Notes under the pieces: model-generated
The model's database searches: none
What the model was told of the DNA's origin: nothing
The model's input: the letters and a program-made list of their open reading frames with translations, nothing else
Shown: piece after piece, positions 48,861-57,219 of the stretch
Layout of the letters: the number at the start of each line of letters is the position of its first letter
How positions within the stretch are numbered: the stretch's first letter is position 1
Position numbers and translations under genes: made by a program
Source: a virus
Direction: 5' to 3' (one strand)
IMG/VR virus record: IMGVR_UViG_3300046674_000362
Location: 21,482-85,481 of that record
Length of the DNA: 64,000 nucleotides

Positions 48861-49272
48861 GCCGACCACCATCACCGCCGTGCGCCCGGTGGACGAGGAT
48901 CACCAAGTCGTCACCGTCGAAGGCGGGGGAGGGCAGTACCGCCGCGAGCCGTGCGGCGGCTGTCCGTGGCGCGTAGACCAGACCGGCCAGTTTCCGGCCG
49001 GGGCGTTCCTTGTGTCGGCGAGCACGGCCTACGACATGGCGCGGAACAAATTTTCATGCCACGAATCGGGCTCGAAGAAACCCGCGACGTGCGCCGGGTT
49101 CCTGATGCGCGGCGCGGATCATAACCTTGCCGTGCGCCGCGCCTACAGCAGCGGCATGTACGATTTCAACGCGATCAGCGACGGCGGCCACGAGCTGCAC
49201 GCCAGCTACCGCGCGATGGCCGAGGCGAACGGCTGCGACCCGGACGCCCCTGAACTCGCCCCATGCCGATAA
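48853..49272 (+). CDS. DUF6283-like Cys-rich protein
   Basis: PCGGCPWRVD...FSCHES...TCAGFL. Confidence 0.7.
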   Translation: MRKPTTITAVRPVDEDHQVVTVEGGGGQYRREPCGGCPWRVDQTGQFPAGAFLVSASTAYDMARNKFSCHESGSKKPATCAGFLMRGADHNLAVRRAYSSGMYDFNAISDGGHELHASYRAMAEANGCDPDAPELAPCR

Positions 49273-49280
49273 GGACCACC

Positions 49281-49478
49281 ATGACCACACTCTACGCGAT
49301 ACGCAGCGCCCTGCCGCGCCGCCTGTGCGACGCTGCGAGCCCGATGCCGATGGCCGACAAGGACCGCTTTCAATGGAGCCACCCGGACGCAGAATTCATC
49401 GAGCCGTTCTTCAACCTCGGCCTGTACAAGTGCCCGCACTGCAAGCTGACCTTTCACGCACCGAGGCGGACGCAATGA
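49281..49478 (+). CDS. small Zn-ribbon hypothetical protein
   Basis: WSHPDA...YKCPHC; AAGGA RBS. Confidence 0.6.
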   Translation: MTTLYAIRSALPRRLCDAASPMPMADKDRFQWSHPDAEFIEPFFNLGLYKCPHCKLTFHAPRRTQ

Positions 49479-49912
49479 AGCTGCTGCTGATCGCCTGTTC
49501 CGAGCGCAAGCTGGGCGGCACGCACCGCGCGCTGGACCTGTACCGAGGAACCATGTACAACGTGCTGCGCAAATGGATGCCAGCAGCACCGCCCGACATT
49601 TGCATCCTGTCGGCGAAGCATGGCCTGCTGCACGCGGACACCATGACCGAGAACTACGAACAGCCGATGACGCCCGCGCGCTCGCGCGAGCTGCTGGCGC
49701 AACCGCTGGCGCTGGCCGGGTTCGAGGGCAAGCGCTACAGCGCGGTATTCATCGCCGCGCCGTCCGCCTATCGCGAGCTGGGCCGCGCCTACGTTGACCA
49801 GCTCCGCGCGACCGGGATCATCGCCCAGGACGCGCCGGTAAGCGGGACCGAGGGAGGTATCGGCACGCAGCGCGGCCAGCTCGGCGCATACCTGCGGGGA
49901 CTCGGCCAATGA
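49475..49912 (+). CDS. DUF6884 (YaaA-related) protein
   Basis: LIACSERK...ALDLYRG...ILSAKHGL...YEQPM signature. Confidence 0.75.
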   Translation: MKLLLIACSERKLGGTHRALDLYRGTMYNVLRKWMPAAPPDICILSAKHGLLHADTMTENYEQPMTPARSRELLAQPLALAGFEGKRYSAVFIAAPSAYRELGRAYVDQLRATGIIAQDAPVSGTEGGIGTQRGQLGAYLRGLGQ

Positions 49913-50289
49913 TGCCAAGCTTCACCCCGGCCGAAATCATCCGGCAGCGCCGCCAGCAAATGCTGATCCACTCGCACCTGTACTACCGCATGGACGCGCC
50001 GATCATCAGCGACGACCAGTGGCAGCGCTGGGCCGACGAGCTGGCGCAGCTCCAGCGCCAGCACCCTGAGCCGATCAATTTCTACGACCGCGAATTCGCA
50101 GACTGGGACGGCTCGACCGGCATGCACTTGCCGAATGATGGCTGGGTCATCGAGAAGGCCGATCTGGTGCGCCGCCTGCACGCGGGCGACCACCAGCGCC
50201 CGGATGCCGAGAAAACGCCGCCAGCGCCCGCTATGCAAGCGCCAGCAACGCCGCCGCCCATGCCGCCCGCGCAGTTCTCGCTGCTCTAG
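49909..50289 (+). CDS. stand-alone NAD+-dependent DNA ligase domain Ia-like protein
   Basis: IHSHLYYRMDAPIISDDQW...ELAQLQRQHPE resembles the LigA N-terminus; no ligase catalytic core. Confidence 0.75.
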   Translation: MMPSFTPAEIIRQRRQQMLIHSHLYYRMDAPIISDDQWQRWADELAQLQRQHPEPINFYDREFADWDGSTGMHLPNDGWVIEKADLVRRLHAGDHQRPDAEKTPPAPAMQAPATPPPMPPAQFSLL

Positions 50290-50379
50290 CGCAATGAGCG
50301 CGCATACATTGCGCGCCTGCATAGCGGGCTCGGCCGTGGAGGGCACACTGTAGGAACCGCCACCACCGGAGAGCCGCCG

Positions 50380-50532
50380 ATGTACCTCGACCTTCAGCGC
50401 CCACCGGGCCAGCCGTGCCCGGCCTGCTACGTCCCGCGCAACAAGCCCTGCAAGCCCAATTGCTCAAGCATCTACCGACCGCCGCGCATCAGCTTCCTTG
50501 ATCGCCTGCTGTCCCGCCTGCCGATCCCGTAA
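50380..50532 (+). CDS. 50-aa Cys-rich peptide
   Basis: MYLDLQRPPGQPCPACYVPRNKPCKPNC...; GGAGA RBS; terminator follows. Confidence 0.5.
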   Translation: MYLDLQRPPGQPCPACYVPRNKPCKPNCSSIYRPPRISFLDRLLSRLPIP

Positions 50533-50534
50533 CG

Positions 50535-50569
50535 AAAAAGCCCCGGACGTGTGCCGGGGCTTTTCTTTT
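50535..50569. terminator. bidirectional intrinsic terminator
   Basis: AAAAAGCCCCGGACGTGTGCCGGGGCTTTT between convergent genes. Confidence 0.8.
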
Positions 50570-50602
50570 GGCGAGCACCGCAGTGCCCAGGCCGGGAAGG
50601 GA

Positions 50603-51034
50603 TCAGGCGCGCAGCAGCACGGCGCTATGGCCCTCGGCCTCCTGTTCCGCATGGGTGCCGATCAGGGAATGGGTCGAGGTCTTGGCGGTGCTGATGGGCG
50701 AGCAACACAATCGCTCATGCGCGCTGGCGCTGGGCGTGTGCAGCGCCGCCACCACGGCCACGCCTGCCGATACCGCGAGCGGCCCCACCAGCGCCATTTC
50801 CAGGCCGGGGCGATCTTGCGCGCGGGCGTCCAGGCTGGCCGGGCTCGCGACGAGCTGGGCGCGCTCGACGGCGACAGCCGGGGCGGCGATGGCGACGACA
50901 TCCTTGGTGGCGCGGGTTTGCTCGACGCGCTGCACGCCGGGGTCCGGCTGATGCGGCATGGCCTGCGCACTCACGCTGAAGGCCAGCGCGCACACCGCCA
51001 TCATCGCAAGGGTTCGCATTCGGGATTTGGACAT
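50603..51034 (-). CDS. exported hypothetical protein
   Basis: Signal peptide MSKSRMRTLAMMAVCALAFSVSAQA; AAGGAG RBS. Confidence 0.6.
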   Translation of the reverse strand: MSKSRMRTLAMMAVCALAFSVSAQAMPHQPDPGVQRVEQTRATKDVVAIAAPAVAVERAQLVASPASLDARAQDRPGLEMALVGPLAVSAGVAVVAALHTPSASAHERLCCSPISTAKTSTHSLIGTHAEQEAEGHSAVLLRA

Positions 51035-51266
51035 AAAGCTCCTTCTATGGTTGAGGTTGAACTACGGGGAAATGCTTATTCTTCGCGGCCAGTCACGGCC
51101 ACAGCAGGCAGGCGCAGATCACCCGCGCCAGCTCGGCGGCACATGCCCCGAGCGCCATGAACGCCACCGCGAAGCAACACGCGCCGAGCGGGCTTACGTC
51201 CGGTTCTCCCTGGCGGTGAATCCTTTTCTTTGCGGCTGGCATGACTGTTAAATCCCGATGATTACG

Positions 51267-51294
51267 ATTTTACATAATGCTAATTATGCGCGGT
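51267..51294 (-). other. XerCD dif-like recombination site
   Basis: ACCGCGCATAA-TTAGCA-TTATGTAAAAT versus E. coli dif GGTGCGCATAA-TGTATA-TTATGTTAAAT; lies in an AT-rich intergenic island. Confidence 0.8.
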
Positions 51295-51465
51295 AAGCCT
51301 TTGATTATTAAGGCTTTTTACTCGGCATTACTTATTCTATTGTCGAGTTCGGTTGTAGCGCGAATCCGGCCCGGAAACGTCCCGACAAACGGCCCCGGCG
51401 TACCGGGCGATGAGCTGCCCGGCTTCGCGCCCGGTGGCAACGGAGTACCGCCCCCGTTGAGGACC

Positions 51466-51507
51466 AATGTACGGCGCGGCCGGTGGCGGCCTGGGCGTAG
51501 TTTTCCT
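51466..51507 (-). promoter_or_regulatory. putative late promoter AGGAAAA-N29-TACATT
   Basis: Motif copy 9; faces a long non-coding stretch. Confidence 0.6.
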
Positions 51508-51544
51508 AACCGTGCGAAATGTATGCTTACGAACACATTTCCTA

Positions 51545-51574
51545 TTGACGCATCGAATTGTGAGCGCGTACAAT
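51545..51574 (+). promoter_or_regulatory. repeated sigma70 promoter/operator, copy 5
   Basis: TTGACG-CATCGAATTGTGAGCGCG-TACAAT. Confidence 0.85.
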
Positions 51575-51607
51575 TCGTTTCATCGACAACGAACCGAGTA
51601 CCCCGCC

Positions 51608-52417
51608 ATGAACAAAGCCGCCTGCATCGCCTACGCTTCCCGCTGCCGCCTCGCTTTCGCCGAGTCCAGCGAGCGCGCCGCAAAGTACGCCGTCGCATTC
51701 GGCTCCGAGTCCGACGCATTCATCGCCGAGACACGCGAAATGGCGCGCGCCAACGACGCCGCCCAAGAGTGGGACAAGCTGGCCGCCATGCACCCGCAGA
51801 CCCGCTCCAAGCTGTTCCGTGACCAGTCGCTGCCGTCGGAAATCTTCGGCTTCGGCGCGGCACCAGTCGCCAAGGAGCAGGAGCTGGCCGCCGCCACGAG
51901 CGCAGCCTGGGCCGCCGAGGCGAAGGCGCAACGTGCGTTCGAGCGCGCCGACAACACCTACGCGGTGGACGATCCCCGCCTTGCCAAAGCCCGCGCGAAG
52001 CTGGACGCCGCACGCGCCGCTTCGCGCGCAGCAATCAAGGCCGAGTCCGACCATCTGCGCCAGCGCGAGGCGCGCGCCATCCTGGCCGACGAAGGCCCGC
52101 GACTGGTTTCGCGCCTGATGGAATGCCTGATGGGCGAGGACGCCCCGGCCGAGGGCACCGACATTTACGCCGACGACTTCCCGCTCGAAACGAATGACCC
52201 CTGGCTGCTGCGCGCCATCGCGATCCTCAAGAGCAAAGTCCCGCTTGACCCGGCCGAGGTGCCGAAGCTGTGCGAATTCCTGATCGGCATGTGCAACGGC
52301 GCGACGCCCGAGCCGCGCGACGCCGACATTTACGCCCGGACCACGCTCGACGGCGACGCCTACGTGCTGCGCGCCGCCCAGGTGCTCACCGAGGCCGCCG
52401 CCGCCCTGACCAAATGA
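51608..52417 (+). CDS. hypothetical protein
   Basis: Start re-set to MNKAACI downstream of the promoter; internal duplicated DIYA motif. Confidence 0.65.
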   Translation: MNKAACIAYASRCRLAFAESSERAAKYAVAFGSESDAFIAETREMARANDAAQEWDKLAAMHPQTRSKLFRDQSLPSEIFGFGAAPVAKEQELAAATSAAWAAEAKAQRAFERADNTYAVDDPRLAKARAKLDAARAASRAAIKAESDHLRQREARAILADEGPRLVSRLMECLMGEDAPAEGTDIYADDFPLETNDPWLLRAIAILKSKVPLDPAEVPKLCEFLIGMCNGATPEPRDADIYARTTLDGDAYVLRAAQVLTEAAAALTK

Positions 52418-52458
52418 CCACCCACCCGGTACGCCGGGCACCATTGGAGAATCACCCC

Positions 52459-52596
52459 ATGAGCATGACCGCCCTGATCCTGTCCCTGAGCATGGAGCGC
52501 CACACTGAGCTGACGGCCAAGTACGGCCGCCGCGCCGCCGACCGCGCCCTGTTCGCCACCGCCGCTCGCCTGATCGCGGGCGAGTACCGGAACTGA
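52459..52596 (+). CDS. small hypothetical protein
   Basis: 45 aa, GGAGA RBS. Confidence 0.5.
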   Translation: MSMTALILSLSMERHTELTAKYGRRAADRALFATAARLIAGEYRN

Positions 52597-52601
52597 TCCC
52601 A

Positions 52602-52790
52602 ATGCCGGGAGCAGAACTGAACGGCACCGAGGCCGCAAACCGAGCCGTTATCGAGTCGAACGCGAAGGGCGCAGGCATCATCTTCCTGACCCGGAGCGAG
52701 TATCAGGACTTGTGCTACCGCGCAAACCTGTCCGAGCTGTCCCGCTACAAGGGCAAGACCATCTTCATCGTAAGCGACCCTATCGAATGA
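52602..52790 (+). CDS. small hypothetical protein
   Basis: 62 aa in operon. Confidence 0.5.
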   Translation: MPGAELNGTEAANRAVIESNAKGAGIIFLTRSEYQDLCYRANLSELSRYKGKTIFIVSDPIE

Positions 52791-52833
52791 CAACCCGCCC
52801 GGTGCGCCGGGCATCAACTTGGAGAACTGTCCC

Positions 52834-53148
52834 ATGAGCACCACCATCACCCTGAAGATCAGCAAGAAAATGGCCGCGCTGCTGACCGGCATCATCCCCG
52901 AGGGCGGCACTGTCGCCGCAATCGCCGCCGAGGTCGCAGCCGGGCGCGTTGCCGCCGACGGGTCCGTGACGGTCGAAACCGAGCGCGAGAACGGCATGGC
53001 GCTACTCGGCATCGCCAAGGGCCGCATGAGCATGCTGGACGCGGCGCTGCTGTCGGCCGAAGGCCCGGACAAGCACAAGCTGCTGGGCGAGCACAGCGCA
53101 TGGCGCGCGCTGGCCAAGCAGCTCCCCGAGTTCACGCCTGCCGCGTAA
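52834..53148 (+). CDS. hypothetical protein
   Basis: 104 aa, GGAGA RBS. Confidence 0.6.
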   Translation: MSTTITLKISKKMAALLTGIIPEGGTVAAIAAEVAAGRVAADGSVTVETERENGMALLGIAKGRMSMLDAALLSAEGPDKHKLLGEHSAWRALAKQLPEFTPAA

Positions 53149-53149
53149 C

Positions 53150-53338
53150 ATGGCCGCCACCAGCTCCCCGCCCCGCCCCGACATCCACCCGTACAAGGTC
53201 GAGCAGCAGCCGGGCGGGCAATGGGCGGTCGTCAGCCCGAACCTCGGCCCGCTCCCCGAATACACCCGCGCGACCGAGGGCGAGGCCATCACCGCAGCGC
53301 TGTACTGCCGCCGCGTAGACAACCACGAAATCGACTAG
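53150..53338 (+). CDS. small hypothetical protein
   Basis: 62 aa, tightly packed. Confidence 0.5.
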   Translation: MAATSSPPRPDIHPYKVEQQPGGQWAVVSPNLGPLPEYTRATEGEAITAALYCRRVDNHEID

Positions 53339-53368
53339 CCTGCATCCGGCCAACACGAGGAACCACCC

Positions 53369-53740
53369 ATGAACAAACCCGACGACTTCATGACCCGCCT
53401 GACCGAATGGATGGGCCGCGATCTGACCGAGGCCGAACAGCAGCGCGCGCAGGCTATGCGCGACGACGGGCGGCCGCTCACCATCATCGGCCGCGCGCTG
53501 AAGGCCGCCGCTGTCGCTGCCGCTGCGATCACCACGCCCGAGCACATCATGCGCAAGCTGCGCCAGCGTCACGAGCTGGACGCGGACGACACCTCGCGCG
53601 ACGCCGAGCTGAACGCCCTTCTGCCGCTGCAAAAGCTGCGCCACATCGCCGCCTGGGAGATTGGCAGCCCGGACTGGGCCGACCACTTCATAACCTGGGC
53701 GAAGCAATGCGGCATCACCATCGTGGACCCGCGCGACTGA
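53369..53740 (+). CDS. hypothetical protein
   Basis: 123 aa, GAGGA RBS, terminator follows. Confidence 0.65.
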   Translation: MNKPDDFMTRLTEWMGRDLTEAEQQRAQAMRDDGRPLTIIGRALKAAAVAAAAITTPEHIMRKLRQRHELDADDTSRDAELNALLPLQKLRHIAAWEIGSPDWADHFITWAKQCGITIVDPRD

Positions 53741-53759
53741 CCCGCACCACCCCAGCCAC

Positions 53760-53788
53760 AAGGCCCGCCGCGAGCGGGCTTTTTTTTC
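53760..53788 (+). terminator. intrinsic terminator
   Basis: GCCCGCCGCGAGCGGGC plus T8. Confidence 0.8.
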
Positions 53789-53791
53789 CTC

Positions 53792-53821
53792 TTGACGAAT
53801 CAAATTGTGAGCGCGTACAAT
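53792..53821 (+). promoter_or_regulatory. repeated sigma70 promoter/operator, copy 6
   Basis: TTGACG-AATCAAATTGTGAGCGCG-TACAAT. Confidence 0.85.
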
Positions 53822-53871
53822 CCGATTCATCAGCGGCGCACGGTGCGCAGCGCATAACCCGGAGAATGACT

Positions 53872-54147
53872 ATGAAGCTCGAAACCTACCTCGCCAAACA
53901 GGGCTACATCACCTACGTCAGCGAAGGCGACGACGTGTTCGAGGGCGAGGACGGCCAGCGCAACATCGAAATCTACGAGAGCCGCGATGACATCGAGCCT
54001 ATCGGCTGGTTCGTGTCGCTGCCGGGGCGCGCTGAGCTGGAGTGGCGCAACATTTTCGGCAAGGTCACCACCGGCACCATGTTCACCGAGGCCGAGGCCA
54101 AAGCCGCCGCCAAGGCCCACAAGTTCTACCCGATCACCTCGAAGTAA
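53872..54147 (+). CDS. hypothetical protein
   Basis: Start MKLETY after GGAGA. Confidence 0.65.
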   Translation: MKLETYLAKQGYITYVSEGDDVFEGEDGQRNIEIYESRDDIEPIGWFVSLPGRAELEWRNIFGKVTTGTMFTEAEAKAAAKAHKFYPITSK

Positions 54148-54149
54148 CC

Positions 54150-54362
54150 ATGCGCGCCACTCCGCACCGCTTCACGCCTGGGGCGTACAGCGCCACCGAC
54201 CCGGCGAACGGCCGCATGTACACCGTACAGGGCGACAGGATTGAGCGGCACCACTACCGGCACGGCCGCGTCACGCTGGTGCTGGTTGACCCGGCCGCAA
54301 GCCCGGAGCTGGCCGCCCGTATCATGGCGGCCATCGAAACCACCACCACGAAAGAAGCATGA
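54150..54362 (+). CDS. hypothetical protein
   Basis: 70 aa in operon. Confidence 0.5.
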   Translation: MRATPHRFTPGAYSATDPANGRMYTVQGDRIERHHYRHGRVTLVLVDPAASPELAARIMAAIETTTTKEA

Positions 54363-54559
54363 TCATGAGCAGAGGCATCAATCGCAAGTATTCCGCAGGC
54401 GTGAAATGCAACGCTTCGGGCTCTGACTTCTATAGCTACGCAGCGGGCTCGCCTGATGCCGACGGCCGAGCGGCCTGCCCGATGTGCGGCAAGCGCGTGA
54501 AGCTGCGCGAGGTGCGGACATACATCAAGAGCTGGCTCATACCGGCGCATAACACCTAA
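54359..54559 (+). CDS. Zn-ribbon small protein
   Basis: CNASG...CPMCGKRVKL...IPAH. Confidence 0.55.
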   Translation: MIMSRGINRKYSAGVKCNASGSDFYSYAAGSPDADGRAACPMCGKRVKLREVRTYIKSWLIPAHNT

Positions 54560-54663
54560 AACGACCGCTTTTGTACACGGCTTGCAACACCGAACAGAAC
54601 CTAGCCTATTTCTTTCTGGACACCCGCTATAATTCGCACACCCATTTAGGACACAAGGACCAA

Positions 54664-55056
54664 ATGAACACCGCCACCCACCAACAAGAGGCCACCGAAA
54701 CGCGCCTCGACAATGCCCTCTGGCTGCTGATGCAGTTCCCAATCCATCGCTACCTGATGAGCTGCGCGCACGGCCGCTGGGATGGCGCGGAAAAGGCTAC
54801 CCGCCACATCGAGCTGTGCAGCATCGTGGTAGCGGTCGAGCACGGCTGCATCAACCTTGACGAAGCCCGCCTCGAACACTTGGACGACTACCGCGCCGTG
54901 CATGAGAGCACCCAAAGGCTGACCGACAACATGGACGAGGTAATCGGGTTCCCGCTCGAATCGGACCCGGATTACGACGTGCTCGCCCCGATGTTCTTCG
55001 ACTGGTTCATGCGCTATGCGCGCGAGGCCATCGCCGCTACTGGGAGCGCAGCATGA
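54664..55056 (+). CDS. hypothetical protein
   Basis: Start MNTATH after AAGGA; TATAAT at 54628-54633. Confidence 0.6.
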   Translation: MNTATHQQEATETRLDNALWLLMQFPIHRYLMSCAHGRWDGAEKATRHIELCSIVVAVEHGCINLDEARLEHLDDYRAVHESTQRLTDNMDEVIGFPLESDPDYDVLAPMFFDWFMRYAREAIAATGSAA

Positions 55057-55601
55057 GCGCCGTCAGCGAAGCGCTGATGCGCCGCATTGGCAAGATCAAG
55101 GAGCTGGCCGAGCGCGGCGTCGATGGCGAGAAGGCCGCCGCCCAGTCGATGCTGGAAAAAATTCTGGTGAAGCACGGCCTGACGCTGGCCGATATTGAGG
55201 GCAAGCCCAAGCGCGAGTGGGTCGAGCTGACATTCTCTGGCGAGTATGAAAAGCTGCTGCTGACCCAAATTGTCCGCAAGGCGGCAGGGGTGAGCGGCGA
55301 TCTGGTGTACCGCTGGAAGAAGGGCACCCGGACGCGCATCAAGTTCGAGCTGTCCCCGGTCGAGCACGTCGAGGTCGAATTTATGTTCGAGCTGATGAAA
55401 AAGGCGCTGGCCGATGAATTCAGCAAGGTGCTGTCCGCCTTCATCCACACGAATAGGCTGTTTGGCCCGAGCGTCGAGGATGACGAGGACGACAAGGACG
55501 AGCCCGAGAAAACCCCTGAGGAGCGCGCCCGCCTGCGCCAGATTGCGGCGATGATGAGCGTGATGAGCCCGGTCAAGGTGCATAAGGCCATCGAGCAATG
55601 A
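55053..55601 (+). CDS. DUF2786-like protein
   Basis: RIGKIKELAERGVDGEKAAAQSMLEKILVKHGL. Confidence 0.7.
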   Translation: MSAVSEALMRRIGKIKELAERGVDGEKAAAQSMLEKILVKHGLTLADIEGKPKREWVELTFSGEYEKLLLTQIVRKAAGVSGDLVYRWKKGTRTRIKFELSPVEHVEVEFMFELMKKALADEFSKVLSAFIHTNRLFGPSVEDDEDDKDEPEKTPEERARLRQIAAMMSVMSPVKVHKAIEQ

Positions 55602-55813
55602 GACTTTGCGCGATCCTGCACGGCGAAGGCATGGGCAGCCCGCCTGACGAAAACGGCTGCCATCTGCCAGCCAACCACGGCGGCCAGCCGCATGAGTACG
55701 TCGCCACCGATGGCCGCACCTATCAATGGGAAACCGACCTCGCCTGCGACTGCGACCACTGTATGCGTTGCGAGGGCGACTACTGCACTACCTACTGGGA
55801 AAAGGAACTATGA
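55598..55813 (+). CDS. Cys/His-rich small protein
   Basis: 71 aa, ATGA-coupled. Confidence 0.55.
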   Translation: MRLCAILHGEGMGSPPDENGCHLPANHGGQPHEYVATDGRTYQWETDLACDCDHCMRCEGDYCTTYWEKEL

Positions 55814-56553
55814 GCGACAACACAAATTGCAAGGGCGCTTTCCGCGCATTCTATGATGGCGAAATCGAAATCCCTACGCGCCCCGCCCGCGTATGCGTCA
55901 GCCCCTTGGCTACCCGCCCGGTCCTGTACACGGACACCGTGGGCGGCGTGCAAACCTGCCGCGATGACCTGTGGGCCATCACCACCGACGAGCTGAACGC
56001 GCTGGCCGCCCCGGACGCGCTGGCCGCCGTCGAGCACCACACCTACGGCAGCATCGCCGAGCGCATGACTGGCAAGCACCGCGATGACAGCGGCACCGTG
56101 TACGTCACCCTGGCCGATGCCGAGGCGGCCGTGCGCGCCGTGGCGAGCACCAGCACGGCATGGCGGCAGACCGCCGAAACCAAGGACCGGCAGGCCGCCG
56201 AGGTGCGCGCGCACCTCCAGCAGACCCGCATGGCGCTGCGCTGGGCGCTGGAATGGATTGACGCCGTGCCGGGCGATACCCCGCTGCCGACCATGCCCGG
56301 CTTCGACCGCGACTACGTGAACGTCCTGCTTGATACCCCGACCACCTCCGCACGCCCGGCCATCGGCACCGAAGAACAGGCCGATGCAATGCTGGCGGAC
56401 CTGACCCGCGAGTACCACCAGCGCGCTGCCCCGATCCTCAAGATTCTGACGACCTTTGCAGCGTTGCGTCCGCCCCCACCCATGCTCATATCGCGCGAGC
56501 ATGCCGAGCGCTTGGGCTTCACGCCGTCCAACCTGCCGGGAGAGCCAGAGTGA
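55810..56553 (+). CDS. hypothetical protein
   Basis: Start MSDNTN after AAGGA; contains the [16 protein letters not shown] phage module. Confidence 0.65.
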   Translation: MSDNTNCKGAFRAFYDGEIEIPTRPARVCVSPLATRPVLYTDTVGGVQTCRDDLWAITTDELNALAAPDALAAVEHHTYGSIAERMTGKHRDDSGTVYVTLADAEAAVRAVASTSTAWRQTAETKDRQAAEVRAHLQQTRMALRWALEWIDAVPGDTPLPTMPGFDRDYVNVLLDTPTTSARPAIGTEEQADAMLADLTREYHQRAAPILKILTTFAALRPPPPMLISREHAERLGFTPSNLPGEPE

Positions 56554-57164
56554 GCCGCGTATTCGCCTACTGCCGGGTATCGACCGGCGACCAGACCACC
56601 GAGAACCAGATTGCCGAGATTGCGGGGGCAGGGTTCGCCATCGACGCCAAGCGCGCCATTGCCGAGACTATCAGCGGCTCCGTGGCCGCGACCGAGCGCC
56701 CCGGCTTCACGAAACTGCTGGACCGCCTGGAGCCCGGCGACGTGCTCGTGGTAACGAAGCTGGACCGCCTGGGCCGCAACGCGATGGACTTGCGCGCCAC
56801 CGTGTCCAACCTTGAGCGCGCGGGAATTCGCGTGCATTGCCTCGCGCTGGGCGGCATGGACCTCACCAGCCCGGCCGGGAAGATGACGATGGGCGTTATC
56901 GCGGCCGTTGCCGAGTTCGAGCGGGACTTGCTCATCGAGCGCACGAACGCGGGCCTTGCGCGGGCCAAGAAAGACGGCAAGCGCTTCGGCCGCCCGCCTG
57001 CACTGGACGAGGATGCACGCGGCATGGCGCGGGCTATGCTGGCCGCTGGCGTGCCTGTCTCCGAAGTCGCCCGCGACCTGAACACCTCCCGCGCCACCAT
57101 CATCCGGGCGCGCGATTCCGTACCGCTGCCGCCCGCTCCCGAGCCCGGCCAGCTCGCCGCCTGA
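56550..57164 (+). CDS. serine recombinase (resolvase/invertase, Pin-like)
   Basis: [10 protein letters not shown] catalytic Ser, [24 protein letters not shown] and C-terminal HTH. Confidence 0.92.
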   Translation: MSRVFAYCRVSTGDQTTENQIAEIAGAGFAIDAKRAIAETISGSVAATERPGFTKLLDRLEPGDVLVVTKLDRLGRNAMDLRATVSNLERAGIRVHCLALGGMDLTSPAGKMTMGVIAAVAEFERDLLIERTNAGLARAKKDGKRFGRPPALDEDARGMARAMLAAGVPVSEVARDLNTSRATIIRARDSVPLPPAPEPGQLAA

Positions 57165-57169
57165 CCACC

Positions 57170-57193
57170 GCCCGGCACGTCCGGGCTTTTTTT
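57170..57193 (+). terminator. intrinsic terminator
   Basis: GCCCGGCACGTCCGGGC plus T7. Confidence 0.8.
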
Positions 57194-57219
57194 CGTGTCG
57201 CGTCACGATTAAATCACGC

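Noticed and set aside
50289-50314. Degenerate palindrome GCGCAATG-AGCGCGCATA-CATTGCGC as an eighth operator copy
   Set aside because: Lacks TTGACG and the spacer length differs; at most a relic
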